In this document: positions 20,320 to 29,031 of the stretch, piece by piece | How positions within the stretch are numbered: position 1 is the stretch's first letter | Layout: every line of letters begins with the position of its first letter | Origin: Candidatus Multivorans sp. | GTDB taxonomy: Bacteria > Acidobacteriota > Thermoanaerobaculia > Multivoradales > Multivoraceae | NCBI GenBank assembly: GCA_965224025.1 | Contig: OZ245033.1 | Coordinates: forward strand, 4,928,001 to 4,992,000 | DNA length: 64,000 nt | Reading direction: 5' to 3' | Notes under the pieces: generated by a model | What the model was told of the DNA's origin: nothing | What the model saw: the letters and a program-made list of their open reading frames with translations, nothing else | Database searches by the model: none | Program-made: the position numbers and the translations under genes

Positions 20320-22014
20320 TCAGGCCGACGCTGCCAGGTACTCCCGGGCCTCCGCAAGCTCCGCGGGCTCATCGGCGCCATCCCACGCCTCGAGCAGCTT
20401 GCCGTAGGCATCCGCGGCAGCCGCCGCGTCGCCGGCGGCGGCCTGGGCGCGAGCCAGCCCCAGCAGGGTACGGGGACGGTTCGGGGTGTAGAGCAACTGG
20501 TCCTCGAACTGCGCGATGGCGTCCGCGGGACGCTCCAACTTCAACAGCACCTCTCCGTACAACTCCCGAATCGGCTTGATCGGCGAGGCCGCGCCACGCG
20601 GCGGACCCATCGTCGACGCGATGGCAAGGCCGTCGCCGAACATCTTGACCGCGCCGTCGGCGTCGCCCTCGGCGAGCCGGACAAGGCCGGCGACCTCGTG
20701 GTGCATGAGCTGGGCGGGCTTGGTCCCCCGCTGGAGAGTCGAGCTGTCGCCTGTCTGGCGCTCGCCCGCCTTCCTGAGCCCCGCGGCGGCCTTCCGGGCC
20801 AGGTCGAGATCGCCACCGTGGACGGCGGAGATCCCGGTCGCGAGCAATTCCGCGGTCCCCGTGTCATCGGTGACCTCGCGCGTCTCCCACTGCTCCGTCT
20901 CGACGATGTACCGGGCGCGCACCAGGGGCACCGTGCTCTTCCCGCGGCCGGTGTCGCCGGTGCGTTCGACCAGGTCGTCGAGTTCATCGATCCACGCACG
21001 CGCCTTCGCGTAGTCGCCGCGCTGCAGGTCGCCGTACTGCCCCCAGTCGAGCGCGTGGACCATGTCGCCCACCCTCTCGCCGGGATCCCACAACGCCACC
21101 GCCGCCTCGTACGCCGAGTTGTTCGACTTCGACACCCGGTCCCACATGCCGCGCTGAATGAAGATGTGGGACGGCATGTGCCGCGCGTGGGAGACGGCTG
21201 CCGCGATCTCGGCGAACCGACGCGCCGCCGGCAAAGCAAGCGGCGCGTGAACCGGATCGTCGAAGGAATGGATGATGTAGTGGGCGGCGCCCGGGTGATT
21301 CGGGTTGCGCTCGAACACGCCGAGGGCGATCGACCCGGCGAGCACGTTCAGCCGGAACGTGTCGTCGGCCAGGGGCCCGACCGCCTGTAGCAGCGACAGG
21401 GCGTAGAAGGCCGCCACCTCGTCATCCTCGGGGTGGCTCTCATAGAGGCTTCGCATCGCCTCCATGTAGGCGATGCGCCGCTCCGCGAGTTTGCCCTCTC
21501 CGAACAGTTCCTCGACCGCGGAGAGGAAGCCGCGTTCGCGTTCGGTCGCGGCCTTGGCCGCCCGACCCTCCCGGGTCTCACCCAGCCGAGCCAGCGCCGC
21601 GCGCGGCGATTCCAGGTCCCGTTCCGGCAGCAGCGGGTGGTTGTAGGTCAGCGTCTCGCCCCAGTAAGCGAGCGCGAAGTCCGGCTCCAGCTCCTGGGCG
21701 GCGTGAAACTGCTCGCGCGCCTGCTCGTAGCCGAAGCTGTGGAGGATCGCGACGCCGCGGATGAAGTGCTTCTGCGCTTCGCTTCCGGCCGAAGTCGGAA
21801 AGTCGATCGAGCCGACGTCGACCGAGGCCTGGAAGTCGGAACCCGCCGCAGGTTCGGCGGCCGCCTCCGAATCCCCGGAGACGACGCACCCGGCCGAAGC
21901 CAGGCAGAGAATCGTGGCCGCGAGCAACAGGGCGACGCTGCTCGCCGAGCGCGGCGAACCGGACGTCCCGCCGGAGAAACCGGTACGGCTGAAGTTGAAC
22001 GGTGGACGAGACAT
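20320..22014 (-). CDS. TPR-containing exported protein/lipoprotein
   Basis: GSIDFPTS…FIRGVAILHSF, PNHPGAAHYIIH, HARHMPSHIF and a C-terminal TPR. Confidence 0.85.
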   Translation of the reverse strand: MSRPPFNFSRTGFSGGTSGSPRSASSVALLLAATILCLASAGCVVSGDSEAAAEPAAGSDFQASVDVGSIDFPTSAGSEAQKHFIRGVAILHSFGYEQAREQFHAAQELEPDFALAYWGETLTYNHPLLPERDLESPRAALARLGETREGRAAKAATERERGFLSAVEELFGEGKLAERRIAYMEAMRSLYESHPEDDEVAAFYALSLLQAVGPLADDTFRLNVLAGSIALGVFERNPNHPGAAHYIIHSFDDPVHAPLALPAARRFAEIAAAVSHARHMPSHIFIQRGMWDRVSKSNNSAYEAAVALWDPGERVGDMVHALDWGQYGDLQRGDYAKARAWIDELDDLVERTGDTGRGKSTVPLVRARYIVETEQWETREVTDDTGTAELLATGISAVHGGDLDLARKAAAGLRKAGERQTGDSSTLQRGTKPAQLMHHEVAGLVRLAEGDADGAVKMFGDGLAIASTMGPPRGAASPIKPIRELYGEVLLKLERPADAIAQFEDQLLYTPNRPRTLLGLARAQAAAGDAAAAADAYGKLLEAWDGADEPAELAEAREYLAASA

Positions 22015-22198
22015 CTTGTACTCCCTCCTGCCGCGGCAAGCCGCGCCGGCCATGGGGCTGCTAGTGAGACGACGCTTCGTGTCGAACAAGGATAGCGACC
22101 AGCGAGCCGCCCTGCCTCTCGGCAGGCAGTCTGTGTCAGAGTGGAGGGCCCGCCACCCGACACCCTGAACTCGCCAACCGTCCTGCTCGAACTCGACG

Positions 22199-23733
22199 AT
22201 GAAGCACCTCATCCTCGCAGCGGCGATCTCGACGCTCCTCGGGGTCGGCCCCGCACCGGGCCCGGCGCAGCCCCCTCCGGACGTCGGCGACGGCTGGTTC
22301 CGCTCCGCGCCGGCGGACCAGGGCCTGGACAACCAGGCAATCCTGCAGATCTTCGACCGGGTGCGCTCACAGTCCGACTATCGGACGGTACGGGGGAAGG
22401 TCGCCGTCTCGTGTCGCGGGATTGGATCGCCGAGTCCACCCGCGGTCAGACCGGCGGCATCGCCGACGCCCCGAACTACGGCTACCAGTGGTGGATCCGG
22501 CCCAGGGGGCGCTACCTAGCCCATGGCTACAACGGGCAGTACATCGGTGTCGATCCGGAGGCCGACATCGTGATGACGATGATCACCCTCTCAGAGCAGT
22601 CGCCGCGCCCGCAGGAGACGTACCGCTACTACTTCGAGCAGCTCCAGAATCTCGCCCGCGAAGCGATGAGGCCGGAGCGGCGGGGGCGGCTGTTGGCCAC
22701 GGCGGTGGCGCCGGAGGCCGGCTCCGATCCAGGTGAAATCACGATCGAGGTGAGGCGCGTGAACGGCAGCGACGGCGCGGTGACCCTGGCCTACGGAACG
22801 CGAAACGGCAGCGCCCGCGCCGGCCGGGAGTTCCGCCGTCTGGTCCACGTCCCGCTAATGGCGGACGACGAGATCGAACGCAGCGAACTGTTCGACCTCG
22901 TCCTGAGCGACGTCTCCGGCGGCGCCGAACTTCCGGAACCTCGCGCCGTGGGCGTGATCCAGGACATGACTGCCGGCCCGGGCTGCACGGACAGCGACGG
23001 CGCGCTCTGCCTGTCCGGCGGCCGCTTCCGGGTCGAAGTCGAGTGGCAGTCGCACAACGGCGAACGCGGCATCGGCGCCCTGGAACGCCTGAGCGACGAA
23101 ACCGGTATCGCCACGTTCTTCTCGCCCGAGAACGTGGAGCTCGTGTTCAAGCTCCTCGACGGCCGGGGCATCAACGACCACCACTGGGTCTACTACGGGG
23201 CCCTCTCCGACGTCGAGTACTGGCTCACGGTCACCGACACGCTGCACGACCGCGTGGTCGTCTACCGCAATCCCCCGGGCGAGATCTGCGGCCGCGGCGA
23301 CTCCAAGGCGTTCGCCGAGCTTGCGGCCGTAGCGGCGGTATTGACGGCACCCGGCCCTCCGGACATCTCGCCCGCTCCCGTCGTCGAGACGGAAGGCGAT
23401 TGCCGCGAGGGGGCGCTCTGCCTGCTCGACGGCCGCTTCGAAGTGACGGCGGAATGGACCAAGGCCGACGGCGAGAGCGGCGTCGCCACCCCGTTGCCGG
23501 GCGCAGGCGCCACCGGAACCATGTGGTTCTTCTCGCCCGGGAACATCGAGCTCGCGGTCAAAGCCCTTGACGGCAGGGCGAACAACAACGCATTCTGGGT
23601 CTTCGCCGCCGGCCTCACCGACGTCGACTACCAGTTGACCGTCACCGACACGGTGGCCGGCGTATCGAAGACGTACTCCAACCCGAGCCGCCCGTTCTGC
23701 GGCCTGGGCGACACCTCGGCGTTTCCGCAGTAG
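22199..23733 (+). pseudogene. Serine hydrolase (beta-lactamase-like) + Calx-beta + two C-terminal repeat domains; catalytic core deleted
   Basis: Signal peptide and N-terminus (…APADQGLD…) jump out of frame at ~22390 to the C-terminal part (WIAEST…YGYQWW…GYNGQYI). No SxxK motif is present. Confidence 0.75.
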
Positions 23734-23743
23734 TTTCGCGCGG

Positions 23744-24595
23744 ATGGAAGGGTTCCGAGGTCACGGCGCAGCCGTGCGCGCTCTGGCGGCGTTGGCCCTG
23801 GTGGCGGCGCTCGCGGCTCCCGCGGCCGCCCAGGTCAACACCGAGAAGATGCGGGTCGGCGCCAACGAACCCGGATGGGGCGGCACGTTCGATGTCAACG
23901 CCTCGCTGCAGCGAGGCAACACCGAGCGCGAGATCCTCGGCGCCGGTGCCCGCCTCCAGTACGCCTGGCCTCAGGTCGAAGCCGACGGCGCCGGTGAAAC
24001 TGAGTCGGACGACGAAACGACCGGCCCGGCCAACGTCGTCTTCCTGGTCTCGAACTACTCCTTCACCCGCCTGAACGACAACCGCTACGTCAACAACGCC
24101 CAGGGGCATCTGCGGTTCATCCGGCAGCACAGCCCGAGGATCTCCTTCGAGGTCTTCGGCCAGTACCAGTTCAACGAGTTCATCCGTCTCGAAGACCGCT
24201 TTCTCGCCGGCGGCGGCGGCCGATTCGCCCTGATCCAGGCCGAACGGACCGAGGTCTTCGCAGGTGTCGGCTACATGCTCGAGCAGGAAACCCTCGACCT
24301 GCCGGCCGCCCTGCCCGATGGGACGAGCAGCGAGCACCACCGGTCGACCAACTACCTGACGGTCCGCTACAACAGCAAGGACGAACGCCTGCGCCTGATC
24401 CAGACACTCTACGCCCAGCCCCGCCTCGACGATCCTGAGGACTTCCGGCTTCTCTCCGAGACGTCCTTCGAGATCCAGCTCTTCCGTCAACTGGCTCTCG
24501 CGGTCAGCCTCAACGTCGCCCACGACAGCGAGCCGCCCACCGGGGTGAAGGAGACGGATGTCGTGCTGTCGAACTCGCTCAGGTACTCGTTCTAG
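23744..24595 (+). CDS. DUF481-like outer-membrane beta-barrel protein
   Basis: Signal peptide, QRGNT motif, GGGGRF and terminal LRYSF. Confidence 0.82.
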   Translation: MEGFRGHGAAVRALAALALVAALAAPAAAQVNTEKMRVGANEPGWGGTFDVNASLQRGNTEREILGAGARLQYAWPQVEADGAGETESDDETTGPANVVFLVSNYSFTRLNDNRYVNNAQGHLRFIRQHSPRISFEVFGQYQFNEFIRLEDRFLAGGGGRFALIQAERTEVFAGVGYMLEQETLDLPAALPDGTSSEHHRSTNYLTVRYNSKDERLRLIQTLYAQPRLDDPEDFRLLSETSFEIQLFRQLALAVSLNVAHDSEPPTGVKETDVVLSNSLRYSF

Positions 24596-24800
24596 GAGTC
24601 GCCCTGCCCGGCCGAGCGTCTCGGCGACAAAGGCCAGACAATCGTGACCGAGTAGTCGAGCACGAAGGGCATCGGCGACCTTCGTCGCGAAGGTCCTTCC
24701 AGTGCAGACCACCCAACGTCAGGCGCGCTCTCCGTCTGCGGAGTTCAGCGATGGCGCTTTCCGTTTCGCTCCGCTCCACCTGTCCCGCGGGAACAGGCAG
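24596..24800 (-). pseudogene. Relic of Phd antitoxin C-terminus plus PIN toxin N-terminus
   Basis: Diverged copy of 28218-28375 (VPAGQVERSETESAIAELRRRRARLTLGGLHWKDLRDEGRR; MPFVLDYSVT). Confidence 0.8.
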
Positions 24801-24826
24801 CAAACCCACCGCGAGCAACCCAAGAC

Positions 24827-25330
24827 TCACTGACCATCCCCCCCACGGACCGACAGCCACGACATCATCTGGTAGAGAAAGACACATCCAGACAGCAGCA
24901 TCATGCCTACCCGCCGCTCAAGAACATGAAGCGAGCCGCCTTCGCGCAGAGACCAGAAGGCGGCGTAGAGGTACAGTGCCGCTCCAACGGTTCCCAAGCC
25001 AAAGGCCACTGGACGAAACCACGCGGGATACAGGCCAAGCCTCCGCGAATTGACGCTTGAGGTCTTCCAGCTTTCGCGCTTACCCCACTTGGCCTGGACG
25101 GCGCCGGCGACGACCAGCGCCACGACGCAGCCCCCAATGATCAACAGCGGGCGTCTCGCCTCTCCCCAAGGGCCAGCGTCGGGACCTTCCGGGAAGCCGT
25201 CGAAGAACAGCAGCTCCGCGGGAACAACGAAAACGAAGAGCGCGAAGCTCCACCACTTGTACCAGTGGTCCTCCCTGGTGTGCAGCCGACGGGTCCACTT
25301 CGAAGTCGGTTCCGGATCGCTGGCGGCCAC
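24827..25330 (-). CDS. Hypothetical membrane protein (~4 TM)
   Basis: 167-aa ORF with hydrophobic segments. Confidence 0.55.
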   Translation of the reverse strand: MAASDPEPTSKWTRRLHTREDHWYKWWSFALFVFVVPAELLFFDGFPEGPDAGPWGEARRPLLIIGGCVVALVVAGAVQAKWGKRESWKTSSVNSRRLGLYPAWFRPVAFGLGTVGAALYLYAAFWSLREGGSLHVLERRVGMMLLSGCVFLYQMMSWLSVRGGDGQ

Positions 25331-25378
25331 CGACCGAGTCTAGCCAAGGAACGGCCGCCGATTCCGAACCTGACATCC

Positions 25379-25815
25379 TCAATGCCAAGAGCCGTCGTCC
25401 ACACGCCGCCGCAGGGCGGCCATGGATCTCCGAAGACTCTCCGACGCCCCCACGGCTCGTTCAGGGTCCCAGGTGAAGCGTGCGAACGCCACGATGCGAG
25501 TCACGTACTCGGGCCCGACCAGCCTGCCGCCACCCTCTCTCGGGGTCATCCCCCCACGGACATCAGCGCGTCGCGACCTCCTGCAGATGTCGATCAACCG
25601 CCGCTTCGGGTCCTCCAGCGAGTCAGGATCCCTGGGCAACTGCCTCAGCGCTACGCTGAACTCTCGCGCGAACCACTCCCGGTCAGCCAGGAGCCAACTC
25701 TCGACCGCGCGGACCGGAACTCGAAGGGCAACACGCCGAGCCATCGGTTGCCGGCCAAGGAGGTTCGGAACCAGTTCGGCAGGACAAGGAGCGTCGTGGT
25801 CAAGGCAGTTGGCCT
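25379..25815 (-). pseudogene. DUF4276-like (TOPRIM-type) protein, N-terminus missing
   Basis: LDHDAPCP…LRVPVRAVESWLLADRE…DPK…VGPEY…SESLRR. Confidence 0.7.
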
Positions 25816-26095
25816 GAGAGATCGTCGACGTGCTGAGGCCTCGTGCGTGGCCCCAGTATCTCGGCCAAACTCAGGCCGCTCTCAAGCAGCCGGGCAGCAC
25901 CGTCGACCGAAGTTCCCGGCACTGCCTCGGTTCCCTCGGTTCCGGGTTCCAGGACGACGACTTCGTCCAACCCCAGGCCCTGTCCTTCATGATCTCCTCT
26001 GAATGAAGTCGTGAGAAGGACCTGCGGGCCTCCGGTGCCGCGGAATCGACTCAAGATGGATGGCAACTGCCGCACTACGGAAGAATGCAAATGAA
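25800..26095 (-). pseudogene. C-terminal fragment of an ABC/AAA_21-type ATPase
   Basis: LHSSVVRQLPSIL…QVLLTT(H-loop degenerate)…GLDEVVVLEPGTEGT. Walker A and B are absent. Confidence 0.65.
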
Positions 26096-26173
26096 CCACG
26101 CGACACGGCAGGACCAATACTACCTTTTTCCTGATACCATATAGTCTGTTTTCGTCTTACGAAGAGTACAACC

Positions 26174-26485
26174 ATGCCAACACCACACCACCCGCCGGCC
26201 GCCGTCAGGCGAACCCTCCGCAAGCTCGGCGCCGACCTGCGCGACGCGCGACGGCGAAGACGGCTGCCCATGCAGGTGGTAGCCGATCGGGCCTTCACTT
26301 CGCGCTCCACGCTCCAGCGCATCGAAGCCGGCGACCACCGGGTGGGGATGGGCATCTACGCTGCAGTGATGCATGCACTCGGCCTGCTGGAAGGGTTGGG
26401 CGAGGTGGCGGATTGGCGCCGCGACGCCTTCGGTCAGGCCCTGGCTACCGCTGAACTGCCCAAGCGAGTGCGCTCCAGGCGGTAG
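26174..26485 (+). CDS. XRE-family HTH antitoxin (HipB-like)
   Basis: LGADLRDARRRRRL…VADRAFTSRSTLQRIEAG, directly upstream of a HipA-like gene. Confidence 0.88.
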   Translation: MPTPHHPPAAVRRTLRKLGADLRDARRRRRLPMQVVADRAFTSRSTLQRIEAGDHRVGMGIYAAVMHALGLLEGLGEVADWRRDAFGQALATAELPKRVRSRR

Positions 26486-26503
26486 CTGTCAGGGACCGGG
26501 ACC

Positions 26504-27772
26504 ATGACCGACTCTTCCGCTGAACGAGAGGTCGAAGTTCACGTAGACCTCGAAGGTCGCCCGCATCGTGCAGGACTCCTGCGCCGCCATGCCACCAGGC
26601 GGCGCGTAGACACCCTGACCTTCGAGTACGACAGGGCCTGGCTCGACGACGAGCGGCGCTTCCCGCTCGACCCCGCTCTGCCCTTGACACCTGGCCTCTT
26701 TGAAGCGAACCGAACAGGGCGCCTCGCCGGAGCGATCGGCGACGCCGCTCCCGACACCTGGGGACGCCAGTTGATGCAACGAGCTGTCCGGCGCCGAGCT
26801 GACCTGGAAGGCGAACACGTACGCAGCCCGCAGGAGCTGGACTGTCTGCTCGGCGTCATGGATGAGGTGAGGATGGGCGCCCTACGGTTTCGAGTCAGCG
26901 GCCGAGCCCGGTTCGAGGCCCGGTCAGGCGCTGGAGTGCCGCCGCTCGTCGCCCTCCGCCGACTGTCGAGCATCGTCGACCGCGTCCTGCGCGACGAAGA
27001 GTCCGACGAGGACCTCAGGCAACTGCTGGCGCCCGCCTCCTCACTTGGAGGCGCGCGACCCAAGGCCGCGGTGCTCGACCAGCGCGGCCGACTCGCCATC
27101 GCCAAGTTCCCCCGGGAGACCGACGAGTACAGCATCGAGACTTGGGAAGAAGTGGCGCTCCAACTCGCGGAGCGGGCCGGCATCGCTACGCCGCGCCACG
27201 AACTCGTCAGGTTCGGGAATCGGGCAATCCTCCTTTCACGCCGTTTCGACCGAATCGGTGCCGTCCGAATCCCCTTCCTCTCGGCCATGTCTCTCACGGA
27301 CTCGTTCGACGGCGAACCCGGAAGCTACCCCGAGATCGTCGACGAGATCGCCCGCCACGGCGCTCACGCCAAGTCCGATGCCGCCGCTCTGTACCGGCGA
27401 ATGGCCTTCAACGTACTGATCTCGAACGTCGACGACCATCTTCGCAACCACGGCTTCCTGCGCCTGGAACGCAGTGGCTGGTCGCTTTCGCCCGTATACG
27501 ACCTGAACCCGACGCCAGCCGATATCAAGGCGCGTGTGTTGACCACGCGGATCGACCTCGACGACGGGACCTGCTCGCTGGAGCTCGTCCTCAGTGCCGC
27601 CTCCTACTTCGGACTTCCCCTGCGCGCCGCCCATGACATCGTGCGAGAGGCGGCAAACGCCGTTGAGGCCTGGCGTGGCGTGGCGCGCTCGGTCGGCGCC
27701 CCGCCCGCCGAGATCGAGCGAATGGCGAGCGCCTTCGAGCACGACGATCTCAAGCGAGCATCGGTCATCTGA
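26504..27772 (+). CDS. hipA: HipA-family kinase toxin
   Basis: PDTWGR, SLGGARPK, IAKFP, RRFDR, NVDDHLRNHGF and LSPVYDL motifs. Confidence 0.93.
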   Translation: MTDSSAEREVEVHVDLEGRPHRAGLLRRHATRRRVDTLTFEYDRAWLDDERRFPLDPALPLTPGLFEANRTGRLAGAIGDAAPDTWGRQLMQRAVRRRADLEGEHVRSPQELDCLLGVMDEVRMGALRFRVSGRARFEARSGAGVPPLVALRRLSSIVDRVLRDEESDEDLRQLLAPASSLGGARPKAAVLDQRGRLAIAKFPRETDEYSIETWEEVALQLAERAGIATPRHELVRFGNRAILLSRRFDRIGAVRIPFLSAMSLTDSFDGEPGSYPEIVDEIARHGAHAKSDAAALYRRMAFNVLISNVDDHLRNHGFLRLERSGWSLSPVYDLNPTPADIKARVLTTRIDLDDGTCSLELVLSAASYFGLPLRAAHDIVREAANAVEAWRGVARSVGAPPAEIERMASAFEHDDLKRASVI

Positions 27773-27834
27773 CCTCCTGCATCTCTCGCGACCTCCTGCA
27801 GATGTCGATCAATCGCCGTTTCGGGCCGCTCAGC

Positions 27835-28248
27835 CTACGACGGCAGCGTCTCCACGCCCAGTCGCCGGGCCGCCCGGGCCAAACGTCGGTCCAGCGTCGC
27901 CAGGGCGACTCCCCGCCGAGCTGCCAGTTCCAGGTACGCCGCGTCGTAAGTCGTCAGATCCTCCGTTCGAGCTAGCGACAGGATCTCGCGGAACGCACGG
28001 CTGTCCGTCTCGGTGTCGGTCGCCACCGGGAGGCGATCGAGAAGCTCGAGGTGCGCCGACGTCTGGGCAAGCGCGATGCGCTTCCGCCGCTCCGCCCGCG
28101 CCAGCACGTTGCCAACCTCCAGTCGCCAGAGCCCCGGAACCAGCGCATCGCCATCCTTCAGCCGGTCCTGGAGCGCATCCACAGCCGGTGTAGCCTCGTC
28201 CTCGAACAGCCAGGCAACCGTCACCGAGCAGTCGAGCACGAAGGTCAT
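27835..28248 (-). CDS. vapC: PIN-domain (VapC) toxin
   Basis: FVLDCSV…LEVGN…LTTYDAAYLELA…LATLD. Confidence 0.92.
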   Translation of the reverse strand: MTFVLDCSVTVAWLFEDEATPAVDALQDRLKDGDALVPGLWRLEVGNVLARAERRKRIALAQTSAHLELLDRLPVATDTETDSRAFREILSLARTEDLTTYDAAYLELAARRGVALATLDRRLARAARRLGVETLPS

Positions 28249-28514
28249 CGGCGACCTTCGTCGCGAAGGTCCTTCCACCGCAGACCGCCCAACCTCAGGC
28301 CCGCGCGGCGCCTCCTGAGTTCAGCGATGACACTCTCCGTTTCGCTCCTCTCCATCTGTCCGGCGGGAACAAGCCGCGCGACAGGCTTGCCCCTTCGGGT
28401 GATGACCACTTCACGACCTTGTGAGACCTTGTCCAGCAACGCCGAAAGGTGGGTCTTCGCAGCAAACGCGCCAACACTCAGAGTAGTCTCTCGGGACTCA
28501 TCCAACCAGTTCAT
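28245..28514 (-). CDS. Phd/YefM antitoxin
   Basis: GAFAAKTHLSALLDKV…EVVITRRGKPVARLVP, overlapping the toxin start (ATGA). Confidence 0.9.
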   Translation of the reverse strand: MNWLDESRETTLSVGAFAAKTHLSALLDKVSQGREVVITRRGKPVARLVPAGQMERSETESVIAELRRRRAGLRLGGLRWKDLRDEGRR

Positions 28515-28650
28515 TCAACTAGTTTACACAGAACCCTGTCCGCGCGTCCCACGGCTCGCCGCCATGCGGTCTGACGTGCGGATTCCGTCGAGCCAGGATC
28601 GCGGCACATGCGAACAGCACGCCCACCGCCGCCCGATAGGCTGCCCCTCC

Positions 28651-29022
28651 ATGTTGGCCATCACCTCACTGCTCTCGCTTCTGTTCCTTTTCACGGCCGG
28701 ATCCGCCGCAAGGGCCCAGGACTACGGCAGCCGCAGCAACCTGGGCGAAACCGCGACGACCACAGAGCGGGCCGAGATCGAGGCGCTCTACCAGCGCTTC
28801 ATCCCCTACATCGACCAGGCGCGGACCGAGCTGACGATGGTCCGCGCCGTCGCCCTGGTCCAGGACGAGTTCGGGATCGAACCCGACGACTGGGTGACCC
28901 GAATCGCGCCATCCGCGTTTCCCGGTCGGCCCCACACCCGCCTAGACGAAAACGGCCGGCCCCCGAAGGGACCGGCCGCCAAACTGCAAGGTCCGCCGAA
29001 CGTCTGCGGCGGACCGATCTGA
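28651..29022 (+). CDS. Small secreted hypothetical protein (possibly truncated)
   Basis: Signal peptide ending AARA-Q and GC-rich third codon positions. Confidence 0.55.
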   Translation: MLAITSLLSLLFLFTAGSAARAQDYGSRSNLGETATTTERAEIEALYQRFIPYIDQARTELTMVRAVALVQDEFGIEPDDWVTRIAPSAFPGRPHTRLDENGRPPKGPAAKLQGPPNVCGGPI

Positions 29023-29031
29023 CGTAGGCGC

